From Octopus sinensis (lineage: Eukaryota): a stretch of 45,221 nt of DNA. Both the position numbers and the translations under genes were made by a program. The stretch spans positions 1 to 45,221 of the forward strand of contig NW_021834809.1 of assembly GCF_006345805.1 (NCBI RefSeq), read 5' to 3'. The notes beneath the pieces were generated by a model. The model was not told where the DNA came from, made no database searches, and saw only the letters and a list, made by a program, of their open reading frames with translations. Positions 25,511-37,564 of this stretch are shown piece after piece. Positions within the stretch are counted from its first letter, which is position 1; each line of letters opens with the position of its first letter.

Positions 25511-26549
25511 TTAGTGTACCCGTGCAGTCAGAAATGACGGAATAACACTAAAATATAATCTTTACAACCTTTGTCTCAGTAATTGCTTCAGCTCCACGTT
25601 TCTCATTCTTAGATATTCTCTCTCCCCTGCTTCTTGCTCTTCTGTTTCATCTTTTGTGCTGCTCTCCCTCTCTCCCTCTCCCTTTTGGATATCTCTCCTT
25701 TGTGCAATTAAGTGTTCCTTTTCACTTTTGCCTTGCGCTCGTCTCTCCTGTCTCACTTCTTGCGATTCACTTAATAATCCTAATGTATTGTTTAATCTTC
25801 TTGCGTTCATTTCTTCCTGGGCGTAACTGGCCGTTCTTCGCCTTTGTCGCACTCTTGTTAACCGCCGCTTTCTGATTCATTCTCCATCGCAGGTGGATAA
25901 GCATATTTAACAAAACAGAGCACGGACTTCAAAACAAATGAGCATATTTGTGTGTCTCTGTCTGTGTGTGTGTGCGTTAGTTTGTTTATATATTTATAAG
26001 TAACCATACAAAGTCGAAAATTACACAAGATTACATTAACGGCATACACACAGACACTTATTGTTTTCTTTTCCAGCAACATCTACGCGTTCTCTATCGC
26101 TACCTTTCTATATGTCTGTCTGTTTCTCTCGCTCTCTCTTTACCGCCTGAAATGGAAAGAGACCTTGAAGACAAACTTCACCGCCTTCGCAAATTTCTTC
26201 ATTCATAAATATTTATATATGTCACTGTATTGGCAAGTATTTGTAAATATTTACAATTACTTCCTTTTATATTTCGCTTTCCATAAACAGACAATATTAT
26301 CAAGCTTTCTTTCAATAGACAATATTTTAATTTTATGACTTAAAAATTACTATTTATTTACTTATCTTATATTTTTGTTAACTTTGCAACTTTTTAAGCA
26401 GAAAATCTTCCAAAACAATCAAATATCCATAGAGATTCAGAACAAATAATATTGAGGCGCAAAAATCTTAGTTACTTATCTTACATATTCCTATTAATGT
26501 TTACCAGTAGAAAAGTCAGCATTCATCGAATAAAAATGCTGTTGTTGTT

Positions 26550-26585
<36 letters not shown>

Positions 26586-26639
26586 GACAGAGAGAGATAG
26601 TGAGAGTGTGGTGGGTGCGTCTGTAGATATATAGAGAGA
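25511..26639 (-). mobile_element. candidate non-autonomous Helitron carrying a RepHel N-terminal charged-repeat fragment
   Basis: 3' end is a hairpin (CCGTCA-TTTC-TGACTGCACGG) plus GTACA then CTAA|T, which fits CTRR. The internal ORF 25562-25852 has ESQEVRQERR/DETEEQ...RLR repeats like 33120-33310. The possible 5' end A|TCTCTCTATATA at 26639 resembles that of the 11641 element but is tentative. Confidence 0.45.
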
Positions 26640-26705
26640 TAGAGTAAGAAAAAGAAAATTAGGTAGCGTTCATCAATGAAATGAAAAGATTTTTGTTTCA
26701 CCCAT

Positions 26706-26912
26706 CTAACCACACATTCTGCAGTTTTCGCTAACGGTAGTATTGTCTATTCTGCACTTCATATAATTGGTCCTTAACGCTTGTTCCTCAGCTGCGCATA
26801 TGAGTGTTTCAATCTCTATATTCAAGTCACTCCTCCTCATCCGTAGCCACCGGTCCTCTGCATCAGTTTTGGCGTTCACATCTCTTACAAACAAACTGAC
26901 TATCCATTTTCT
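26706..26912 (-). pseudogene. Dong/R4-clade LINE fragment (region leading into the CCHC zinc knuckle)
   Basis: MDSQFVRDVNAKTDAEDRW..MRRSDLNIEIETLICAAEEQALRTNYMKCRIDNTTVSENCRMCG matches the R4-clade MHGQF...DLK.ETE.LI.AAQEQALRTN....ID.....CR.C motif. Confidence 0.85.
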
Positions 26913-27002
26913 TTTCCATCTATGCTTTTTTTAAAATTCATTTCTCGTTTAAATTTTTCTTTAGTTACAGGATTATCAGTTTTGATACCTTCTGCCGGGC
27001 CG

Positions 27003-27116
27003 TGTGGAGGTTAGGTGTTTCGTTCATCAACACACACATTACCTGCTCTGAGATTCGAACGCGCGATCCCTCGACCGCGAGTCCAATGCTCTACCCATAA
27101 GGCCATGTGCCTTCAC
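27003..27116 (-). mobile_element. SINE head related to head 1, truncated
   Basis: Minus strand GTGAAGGCACATGGCCTTATGGGTAGAGCATTGGACTCGCGGTCGAGGGATCGCGCGTTCGAATCTC has A and B boxes. Confidence 0.75.
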
Positions 27117-27151
27117 ACACACACACACAAACACACACACATACACACACA

Positions 27152-27194
<43 letters not shown>

Positions 27195-27579
27195 GTATGT
27201 ATATATATATGTGTGTGTATATATATATATATATATACATATATATAGTCCACATATGTGCTCCAGAGATTGTCGGTACAGAAAACTTCCAATACTCTAA
27301 AGATTTAAACTTAGACTCCTGCTTCTTTACATGGAATCTATTTCATAAGGTAAAAATTGTTGCCTCCGAGTATTCAGGCAGCTGTTGGACTTATAACACT
27401 TTTCATTGGCCCCTTTAATGTTCTCTGTCGTTTGTGCTCTGTGTAAGTTGGCCCTATTAATATAAATATCTATATATTTATACGTAAACTTCAACATCTG
27501 AAAACCTCCATCATTTGCTTTCTCTCGTTTTAGGTCTTTATACGTATAAAAATGTATTTCATTCCCTGACTATCATATT

Positions 27580-28720
27580 TGAAATGTTTTAGGCGTACTT
27601 GTAGTATGTATGACATTCACATATTTCATAATACAGCGATAATTTCCTGCATAGGAAATGATTTTGTCTGCTCTTAAAAGAGGCCTCTGTACAAAATGTT
27701 GGTAAATGTTTCTTAACATTATACCTGTCGGCCATCATTAATTTTCTTAGCTTTATTTTATAAATTTGGTATTCTGCATTAGGAAGACCTTATGCTTGTA
27801 TATCGATTAACAACCAGCAACCTACATTTCAGTGGAGTAACATGGTTTTTGTAACGCGTCTGAAGCACTCTGGCTCATACACGAAAAGTCTTGTACCGCT
27901 CCGTTGGTTTATCTGAATGTGTTTTGCTTTTTGTTTTCAGTATCTACGTTGGTATTTCGGCCTTTAAGGAAACCAACCAAAATAATAGACTTAATTTAGA
28001 CAGGTGTGGAAATAAGGATGAGGAAACAATAATTGTAACTTACAACAGAAACATAATTGATTTAATTAGATTAACTTATCAATTCATCGCAATGTCATCT
28101 ATTCGTCCTAATTGATTACTTCCTAAGCAATTCTATTTCCCTATTTGGTTTGAGGCTTCTAGTGTTAAAGCTTGTTTTGACATTTTTCCAAACCGAATTT
28201 TTATCCGACTTTTCTTAAGAAGAATGTGCATCACATGTTACACTGCTTCCCGTTGTCTGTCATCTGAAAGCATATATACCGAAGTTAATTCTGCAGAGGA
28301 AATCTTTTACTGAAATTCTGAATTATGAATGGTCTTTTTTTAACTTGGTTGGAATTTTTTGATGCCAGACGATACAGGTAAACAGAAGTTGTTCCTTTTT
28401 CTTGCTAGAATCTTTTTCTTTTTCATGCTACAATCAGCTTGGAATTATAATTCTTTATATTTCTTGAATCTCTGGAGATTTTTTGATATGTTCCTGATTC
28501 GTTTGAAGAACTGGTAGTCTATTCAATTTATAGAGCTGCCCACTGAAACTTGTCTGTAAATATATAGGACATGGCAAGAATTGAACTCCCAGAGGCAATG
28601 TGTTCAACTTAATAAAAAGAGGCTTTTACGTAGGATCATTGATATTATTTATTTCAATTCTGAACACGTTTTTTACTTGCTAGCGATGATAGGCATTTAG
28701 GCACACCTTTTAATTCTGCA
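27580..28720 (-). pseudogene. heavily decayed Penelope-like element (RT thumb to GIY-YIG endonuclease)
   Basis: Scattered motifs occur in the expected order: ARKRNN (cf. RKRNIIWFNPP, ~28390), LQTRYKNH (cf. FK.RY.NH, ~27850), FCTE (cf. C.LC.EK) and EICECH..K (cf. E...CRH..K, ~27615). Many stops and frameshifts. Confidence 0.4.
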
Positions 28721-29177
28721 TCTAGCATAGAATATTTTGCCATTGTTCGTCTACAATCTTTCTTCTTACATTTCGGGTCGGCCTTCAGAGATATTATCCA
28801 CGCAATCTTCTCTTACTCCCCATCTCTCTCTCCCACACTTTCTGTCTCAGCCCCTTTCTTTCCAGCATTCTATATTTTCATTATTCTGATTATGCATTAG
28901 AATCCTAAATTCTATTCTCTTTGGTTTTATCAACATTTCTGTAGTTTCGTCGCCTACCAAATATTCATTTTCTTCACCGTTGCGAATGTCCAGCTCATAT
29001 ATTAACATCTAGTTATATATCGATAAAACACATATTTTTGTTTCTTGATGTTTAGTTTTAATCACATTTATGAATTTTTCTCTCGTTGTATTTTCGAGTA
29101 CCAAAGTTGTTATTTCGTAAGGGTTTTCTTTCATTATAAAGCACTGCTCTCCTCCGTGTGCAGGATAGATATAATTT

Positions 29178-29330
<153 letters not shown>

Positions 29331-29532
29331 ACTTCTTGTCTATCTATCTTTCTATACATCTCTCTCCTCCTCTGTCTCTCTCATGCATTTTTCATTTATG
29401 GAATAACTGAATGCATGCCAACTTTTGTTAACAGTGTATATATATTTATGTGTATATACATACATATACATACATATATATATATATATGTGTGTGTGTC
29501 TCTGTGCGTTTGTGTGTGTGTGTATTTATATA

Positions 29533-30260
29533 CACGATGTGTAGTCAAAAGATATCGCACCATTTTGATTTCAAAGTATTCGCCTTGGGACTCTACGCAC
29601 TTCCCCCAGTGTTCCTGTCACTGCTGGAAACATACCTGTAAATCCCTGTTTGGAATGCTGTAGAGCTGGGCCGTCGAATTTAGCTTAATGCCCTATGTTG
29701 ACTCACATATTGTCCTTTGAGTTTTTCTTTGTTCTTGAGCTTTGGGAATAGCCAAAAGTCATACGGAGCCTTGTCTGGGTAGTAGAAAAGCCTGACAAAC
29801 AGGTGGTGTATTTAGCTTGACGAGGATCGCTTAAACGACGTGGGCGCAATGAATTGGCTGAACTGACCAATGGCTGATTCCAACTTCGAAGACAATCTTA
29901 TCAATAGTCACATGATAGTATTCATAGATTATTTCTCGAGCCATTTCAACTATTTCGTCGTTTCTACTAGTTGATAATCTGTCATAACTTTGTTCACTGT
30001 TCACTGAGGCGCGGTCAGCTTTGAACCTGTTGTACCACTGCTTTATTTGGTACTTTTCCCAGAGCATCATATCCAAAAGCCTTCTGAATTTTCTCGGTAG
30101 CCTGGGCTTGCGTATCACTAAGTCTTTCAAAGAATTCGATGCAGTATCTTTGCTCTATGCGCTCGGTGACTCAAGGATGCATGCTCAGGAAGAACGCATG
30201 ATCAGAAAGGACGCGACCACATAATACACATGCGAATTTTGCTCACGGTTTAAATATTTT
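29533..30260 (-). mobile_element. decayed mariner transposon (N-terminal HTH region plus 3' terminal segment)
   Basis: Frameshifted translation RIEQRYCIEFFERL...EKIQKAFGYDALG..QIKQWYNRFKADRASVNSE...RLSTSRNDEIVE...TIDKIVFEVGIS is a mariner transposase HTH. The left end TA|CACGATGTGTAGTCAAAAG resembles a mariner TIR; the right end is not resolved. Confidence 0.8.
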
Positions 30261-30387
30261 GGGAAAACAAAAATCAAGGATGGTTACTTAGAAAATACAA
30301 CTCAAAATATATGTATATGCATATTTTTATTATCATTTAGCAAAGGCAACGGAGTAACTCAAGTTCCGATTATTTTTCTGCTATATA

Positions 30388-30435
<48 letters not shown>

Positions 30436-30537
30436 CACACATACACGCACACACATATATCTATCTATCTATCTACTATATATATATATATATATAAGTA
30501 TATGTATATACACATATACATACATACACACACACAC

Positions 30538-30587
<50 letters not shown>

Positions 30588-31400
30588 ATATATATATATA
30601 TATATATATTATATACAATGTATATATAGTGTTTGGATGTACATACCAATTTTAGGAGAAATTCCTTTGAGTGTTGTCTCTTAAAGGTATTTCCAAATTG
30701 TTCATATCAAAAATATGACGATGAATTGTTCCCAGTATCTACTTTTGTTATAGAGTGATATCAAGTAACAAAATACAGAAGTTGTAACGAAACACTCAGC
30801 TGCACGATTAAGCACTTTTTAATTATATTCTCATACGTTCAACTAATAGTGCTGGTTTGATTTTAATTGCCTTCTCATTGTCCTGTAGTGGTAATTATCA
30901 TTACAGGTGCGCTGACATTGTTGCTTGCTTTTTTTTCTTGCAGTGATTCTACTTGTATTTTTAGTATTATTGTCGTTGTTGTTCTTGTTTCTGCTGTCGC
31001 TGCCACCATGCCCTTTCCTCTCCTCTCCATCCTCCGCCTCCTCCCCCTCCGCTCCGTCCTCCTCCTCCTTAATATCTTTAACGTCATCATCCTTATCATT
31101 ATCACCATTATCCTTATCGTCATCATCGTCATTGTCATCGTCTCCTCGTCGGTGTCATCATCTTCTAAATTTGTCAATATTGCTGTAATTACGCCAAGTA
31201 GTCATTCCATAATTATTTTATAACAATGTCTTCCATTTTCTTTTTGTTTTTTTGCAGTTGATTTACAAAAGTGTTTTGACAGTGGAATGGATATCGTATA
31301 GAAAAGGTATGTTAACTCAATCCCTTATAAGGAAAAGTAACTACACGTACATCCACCCCCACCACACACACACGCACACATATAAACGATTTCATTGATA

Positions 31401-31618
31401 CAATTCTATATTTAAGCGATGAAGAATTATATACATTTTTTACATTTCGTTTCGGCTGATATATTCTCCAGTCATCATCAGGTGTCTTGGGAAAATTTCG
31501 AATCTGGGTTCTCATTTCTAAGGTTTTTTTGTCGTTGTTGTTGTTGTTGTTATTGTTATTATTACTAATATTATTATTATTATCATTATTATTATTATTA
31601 TTATTATTGTTATTATTA

Positions 31619-31654
<36 letters not shown>

Positions 31655-31662
31655 TATTATTA

Positions 31663-31696
<34 letters not shown>

Positions 31697-31778
31697 CATT
31701 ATTATTACTACTGTTTGGAATCGAACTCGGAATCTTGAGGTTAATAGCTCGCGCTCTTAACCACTACGCCATATGCCC
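31401..31778 (-). mobile_element. composite short element: tRNA-like Pol III head + (TAA/CAA)n + Penelope-like pLTR with hammerhead core
   Basis: Minus strand GGGCATATGGCGTAGTGGTTAAGAGCGCG...GAGTTCGATTCC (A box 31761-31771, B box 31717-31728), a microsatellite at 31532-31710, then CCTTAGAAATGAGAACCCAG...GACAC-CTGATGA-T-GACTG..CAGCC-GAAACG. Confidence 0.8.
31448..31486 (-). ncRNA. hammerhead core with intact CUGAUGA and GAAA; the cleavage-site half is deleted
   Basis: GACAC CUGAUGA U GACUG gagaauauau CAGCC GAAACG; the sequence after GAAACG is lost compared with the 31827 copy. Confidence 0.6.
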
Positions 31779-31780
31779 GT

Positions 31781-31927
31781 GGGTATATGGAGTAGGAATG
31801 AGAACCCAGGTTCGAAATTTCCCAAAGTCACCTGAACAAGGCTGGAGGGTATATCAGCCGAAACGTTGTGTTAACAACAAACAAAATGAGGACAAATATC
31901 CGTCAAATGTAAATAATGTAAATAATG
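31781..31927 (+). mobile_element. inverted second copy of the same composite element (head truncated to ~15 nt)
   Basis: GGGTATATGGAGTAG joined through TAG microhomology to GAATGAGAACCCAGGTTCGAAATTTCCC...AAATGTAAATAATGTA. Confidence 0.8.
31827..31872 (+). ncRNA. minimal type-I hammerhead-like motif with a mutated core (CUGAACA)
   Basis: GUCAC CUGAACA A GGCUG gaggguauau CAGCC GAAA CG UU/GUGUU. Perfect 5-bp stem II, palindromic AACGUU stem III, and stem I that pairs fully if the GACAC of the other copy is used. Confidence 0.6.
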
Positions 31928-32360
31928 TATCCATTAATGTTTGCATACATTGTACTTTTCTATGAACTAATCTGCCACTTATTACACTGTAGATTTTTAT
32001 CTGTAAATCTATATACATGCCCATATATATATATAAGTACGCACGTGTGTGCCTGTTTGTATGAGTGTTTGGGTGCTTGAGCGTTAGTGTGTGCACGTAA
32101 GATCAAACATAATCCAAAGAGAGGGTGGCCTACGTCAGCAAACGTCTATTATATAGGCCCATGTGTGCATATACATATACATATACATACACAGACACAG
32201 ACACACACACACACCATATGCATACATATATACACATAAATGTCTGTCCTCATGTTCACCTTAGTTGACTCAGGAGCATAAGGTTGTGATTTTGATTTCT
32301 AGAAATAGTAGCTTGTTTATTTCAATTGCATGGCATTTCAATACACGTCATTCAATTATC

Positions 32361-32750
32361 TGGTGGAAGCACTCAGTCGGTTACGACGATGAGGGTTCCG
32401 GTTGATCCGAATCAACGGAACAGCCTGCTCGTGAAATTAACGAGTAAGTGGCTGAGCACTCTACAGGCACGTGCACCCTTAACGTAGTTCTCGGGGATAT
32501 TCAGCGTGACACAGAGAGTGACAAGGCCGGCCCTTTGAAATACAGGTACAACAGAAACAGGAAGTAAGAGAGAGAGAGAGTTGTGGTGAAAGAGTACAGC
32601 AGGGATCACCACCATCCTCTGCCGGAGCCTCGTGGAGCTTTTTAGGTGTTTTCGCTCAATAAACACTCACAACACCCGGTCTGGGAATCGAAATCGCGAT
32701 CCTGTGACCGCGAGTCCGCTGCCCTAATCACTGGGCCATTGGGCCTCCAC
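32361..32750 (-). mobile_element. SINE head 1 + tail A, full length
   Basis: Reverse complement of the 15527 copy; probable TSD ATTCAATTATC (32350-32360) / ATTCACTTATC (32752-32762). Confidence 0.92.
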
Positions 32751-33009
32751 TATTCACTTATCTATCTATATTACAAAAGAAATAGTCATTTGCCCCTTCA
32801 AAAAAAAAAACATTAAAAAAAATCAAGTTGAATTTGACGTTTTCGACGGCGCAATTTCGAAGAGTCGTCACATTACCTCTGTCAGTTCTTCTTTATTACT
32901 TTCTTTTTCCTCCTCTTAATCATTATACAACTTTCGGAATAGAGTATCATATAGATGAGATAATTTTTATAAGAAATCATAAGAATATTTTTCCCTGATG
33001 CCACCAAAA

Positions 33010-36000
33010 ATGCCTGGTTCGAGTTTTTTGACACCCGAAGTTAAAAGGATCAGGGAAAGTATGAAATATCAACTAAACAGAGAAAGACGAGTAAATCAAA
33101 ACAGAGCAATTAAGAGTTGAAACTGAAAAACAGAGACAACATAGACTAGAAAGACAACAAACCCAACGTTTAAAATTATGAACGAAGTGCTGGAAGACTA
33201 GACTAAAATCGAACGCGACATCAATACATTCGTTTAAAGGAAAATTATAATCAAAGGGCTGAAGACAAGAGCAAAGTCGAATGACACAACAGGCACGACT
33301 AAGACTAGAAGCTCAAGGACTTCAAAACCAACACCGTCGATCCTGCAACCATTAAGATATTGATGTCTCTCTTGAAGTGATGAACCAAGTATGCCCCCTA
33401 TTGTAGAGCTTTCAAATTTTCAGGAGAAACTGCCAATTTTACCTGTATGAAGGAAATGTCAATTGAACACCGTTACCTGATTTGCCATCAAAAAAGAAGG
33501 AATTATTTGAAGGTCGGACAGATGTAGGAAACAATTTTAAAAAATATGCCAGACAGTACAATACAAATTTTCAAATTACATCTTTTAGTTAGAAAGAGAG
33601 TCTGCAACCTCAAAGTTACAATTCCCCAGATATAATTCATAGACAAATTTACCATTTCCATGATCCACTAATTCCAGATGCCGATGAGCAAGCCAAATTT
33701 GTTCAACTATACTTCTTAGACCCACAAGACTCAGTTCTACAAGGGATGAGAATTTTGAACAATGAAGCGGGGATAGAAACAAGAATCGTAGAACGAATTA
33801 AAAACGCTTCACGGGAGAGAAATCCATATATTGCTTCGTTCAACATAGCAAGGGAAGTATTCAGAGACATACTAGAGGCCAGTATTATTATTCGTGAGGG
33901 CAGAAGGCCAACCAGAGAGCATGAGAGGCGGTGGAATGTACCAACTGCAAATGAAGTCTGTTATTTCGACCAATACAAAGCAAGAATTATCCTCGAGGCA
34001 TATCGTCATGAAGGATAGAGATGAACTAACCATAATTTCGGACCCATTGCAGTACGTTCTTTTTTACTGAAGTTAACAATGGTTAGAACATCAACCTGGA
34101 TATGACAAACAATAGAGCGACTGACAATCAAGAAATATAGAATAATGAATCATCAAAACGAATTCAATCATATTCTCCGAGGCAGTTTATTATTCTAGCA
34201 GTATTTGGTTGATCAAGCTGCAAAAATTCAATCTAATAACCTCTCTTATTTGATTCAGGATCAAACTGATTTAAGAAATACAATATACTAAGGACTAAAG
34301 GATACAATAAAAGACAATGAGGATTTTAATGATGTTAGAAAAGAGATTCTACGTCTCTCAACAGTTACTGGCGGTCCAAGATACATAACTGAAAATAGAC
34401 GCATGGCTGAAAATGACGTAATTCCAAATGGCCAGAAATTACTTAAAATATTTTTCCTGGACAGATGGCATCTGACAGGCGAGATTTGATTGCAAGAGTT
34501 TTCCAACTGAAGAGACACATTTTTATGGACGTGGTTGTCAAGAGAAAACGTTGAGCTGAAGTCAAAGCATATTCCCATACCGTTGAATACCAAAGGCGTA
34601 GATTGCCATACTGATATGCCTTTTTCTTCGTTGCTAAAAAATATCGGACCAAATGAGATTGATGACTGTGTACGAGCAGAAATTCTATACCCAACAACAG
34701 ATAAGGAACTACATGTTTAATCGTTGCTCATATGATTCATGGTCCATATTTTAATGCAGATTATCCCTGCTGAAAGATGGAATATGCTCCAAGAGATTTC
34801 CCAAACAATATTTGCAAAGTACTGTCTCTGGAGAAGATTATTATCCTCTTTATAGACGAAGATCAGTTGCAATGGGAAGAGTTGAATTTCATAAGAATGG
34901 AAAAGCAATCAACAACAAATGGGGTGTACCTTACGATGAAACTCTTTTAAGAGATTCAAATGCCACTGCAACGTTGAAATCGTTGTCTGCGTGAGGTCAG
35001 TTAAGTACGTCATCAAGTACACGGTGAAAGGAAAAGACTAAGCGGCTGTTCAAATAATGAAATTAGTCAGTATCTAATGGGTAAATATATTGGACCATCC
35101 GAAACAGTTGCATCCATTTTAAGAATTTCTATTCATGAAAGAGCACCTGCAACAGTCAGACTGCAAGTTCATCTATCAGATGAAGAAAGAATATTGGTCA
35201 GAAACAATGAGAATATGGCTGACAATGAACGACATATAGGAACAACTTTGACAGAATTCTTTTCAATGTGCATCAATGATGACTTTGCAAAGGCATTACT
35301 TTATCCTGAAAAATTCATGTATTTCACTTAGAACAGTAGTAATAAATACTGACAAAGAAGAACGCGAGGAAATAGGTTGAAGGCCATTTAAACATTTTCA
35401 AAGAAGAAACACTTGGTCGTGTTTATGTTGTCACACTAAAGGCAGGGCTGTATTATTAAAGAATTTTATTGCACGAAGTTCGTGGTCCTGAAACTTTCGT
35501 CATATTACCAACATACAACTTTAAGGAAGGACGTAAAAGAAGACTTTTTGAAAATGATCAACGTTTGATGATTACCATGCACGATGCCCTAACAACAAGG
35601 CTTCCTAAAGAAATGAGTGAGTTATTCATCGTGATGTTCACACATACAAATTTGCTAGATCCATTAGCTCTTTAGGAGAGATTCAAAGATTCAATATCTG
35701 ATGATTTTTTGAATGAAGAATGATCTTTGCCTATTATGTCAACAAAGGTGTCATGAAGGATGACTTCTGTATGTAAAATAAAAACCAACTGAAATGCCTT
35801 TCAAAAAATCTTGAAGGTTTCAATGAACCCCTTCCTCACAATAATGAAGAAATTGAAATCAATCACGGATTTTTGCATGAATTGAACTACAACATTGATG
35901 AGCAGCGAAATATTGTTGCTGAAAGGACGCCACTGCTTAATAAAGCACCACAGGTCATTTATAATCATGCTGTCGGACGTTTGAACATGAATTTCTCATC

Positions 36001-36322
36001 ACACATTTTAGTTGAGGAACCAGGAAGAACTGGAAAAAACTTTCCTTGCAAATGCCATATTAGCTTTTTACAGAGGTAGATATCAAATAGGTCTTAATGC
36101 AGCTTCATCAGGAGTTGGAGCTACGGTGATATTGGGTAGACGGAGGGGTTATTCCAAATTCAAGATTCCAATCTCAATTCACAAAAAGTCAGTCTGAAAC
36201 ACTGATAAGAAATCCGACTTAGCATATGTCCTGAGAGAAAGAAAACCTATCATTTGGGATGATATATCAATGATAAGAAGAGAATTATTTGAAACTATAG
36301 ACTTATCACTAAGAGATATCTG
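33010..36322 (+). pseudogene. decayed autonomous Helitron RepHel gene, truncated after helicase motif II
   Basis: Motifs occur in order across frameshifts: ETEKQRQHRLE repeats; YCRAFKFSGET Zn-finger-like segment; YARQYNTNFQITSF; KFVQLYFLD; RRPTREHERRWNVPTANEV; DPLQYVLF; QYLVDQAAKI; STVTGGPRY; VEYQRRRLP (HUH motif, His lost, ~34582); YPLYRRRS; NNKWGVPY; CHCNVE..SVKYVIKYTVKGKD (catalytic YxxKY, ~35003-35038); LGRVY; LLHEVRGP; EEPGRTGK (Walker A, ~36015); AASSGVGAT; IIWDD (Walker B, ~36250). Ends at a GT tract. Confidence 0.96.
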
Positions 36323-37299
36323 TGGTGTGTGTGTGTGTGTGTGTGTATGTGTGTGTCTTTGTATTGTGATTTTGTGTGCGTGACTATGTTTCCCACACCA
36401 CTGCTTGGCAACCGTTCTGTGTTGGCTTATTCGCAAAAGAGGAGAATATAATTAGTGCCAGAGTGAAAATAAGTTCTGTTGCAGGTTTATTCGCTTAAAC
36501 ACTAAAACGCAGTGATCGGGAATGGTTGCAGTCCAACAACGGAATCAAGTAAAAGATGAGAAGAGTAAAACATTTATTTTATGAAATATTTGTTGGTATT
36601 TAAAGAAGTTATCAAACTGAAACCTCATTAATTACAATTTCTTTCCAATTTAACATAGGTTAGTAAAGAAATTATATAAACTTTCCATTAAATCCTATCA
36701 AATAATTATTAAGCAATCGTTACATAGAAACTATATTGGATCTAAAATAAAAAGAAAATCCATATTACTAAGCAAAACCTAAACATGTGAAACCTTTCTT
36801 CATCTAGCTATAGTTCTCGTTTGTTTCAAACAAGTTGGGGGATACTTATTTGGTCTATAGCACAAGTTTCATAAGCTGTTATTGTATCAGAGCAGAACTC
36901 ACTGTTATCATATTATTTCATCCTATTTTACAGAAATATATGTCCCAATTCGTCGATTGCAACCTCTTTATCTCATTATATGTAAACCAGAAATTATAAT
37001 AAATTATCTAGCTTGACCATCAGTGAAAATATCTTTTTCGCTGATGGTCATATATATACTTATGGTCAAAATGTATACTCAGCCTCAAATAAAGTTAGGA
37101 AACACAGCACTTTAACTCTTGGAGAACAACCAAAGTTTCCATAACGTCTTGGAAAAAACTTACAGGAGTTCGATAAAATCGGTCAAATTTTGATACTGAC
37201 TGTCAAGACATTTCAAATTTCTGAAGATTTATTACTTTCACCACACATGCATCTAAAGAAAATACTGACCGTGGAAAACTTATGGGTATATATAGATCG

Positions 37300-37530
37300 T
37301 TAGCCACTACACACATTTTTTCTCTCCTTTTTTCCTCTCCTTTTTTTCTCTCCTTTTTTTCTTTCTTTGTCTCTCTCCTTGTGTTTTTCTGTGTCCCTTT
37401 CTGTAGAAGAGCGTAGGCTCGAAATGTAAAAGGCTCTTTCTATTCCTGAGCGTTATAGTAATACATCTGTTTGTTTTGTACACCACCTGTCTTCGTCTTT
37501 TGTTTTTTTCGTAAACTCTCCCTATATATA
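37300..37530 (+). mobile_element. Penelope-like pLTR-type short element ending in (TA)n, carrying a hammerhead-like motif
   Basis: CT-rich leader, hammerhead motif at 37396-37433, and 3' end abutting a TA tract. Confidence 0.55.
37396..37433 (+). ncRNA. minimal type-I hammerhead-like motif (U at position 6, extra A after A9)
   Basis: CCUUU CUGUAGA A GAGC guag GCUC GAAA UG UA/AAAGG. Perfect 5-bp stem I and 4-bp stem II; stem III AUGU is probably a CpG-decayed ACGU palindrome. Confidence 0.6.
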
Positions 37531-37564
37531 TATACATATTTATATATATATTTAAATATTTGTT

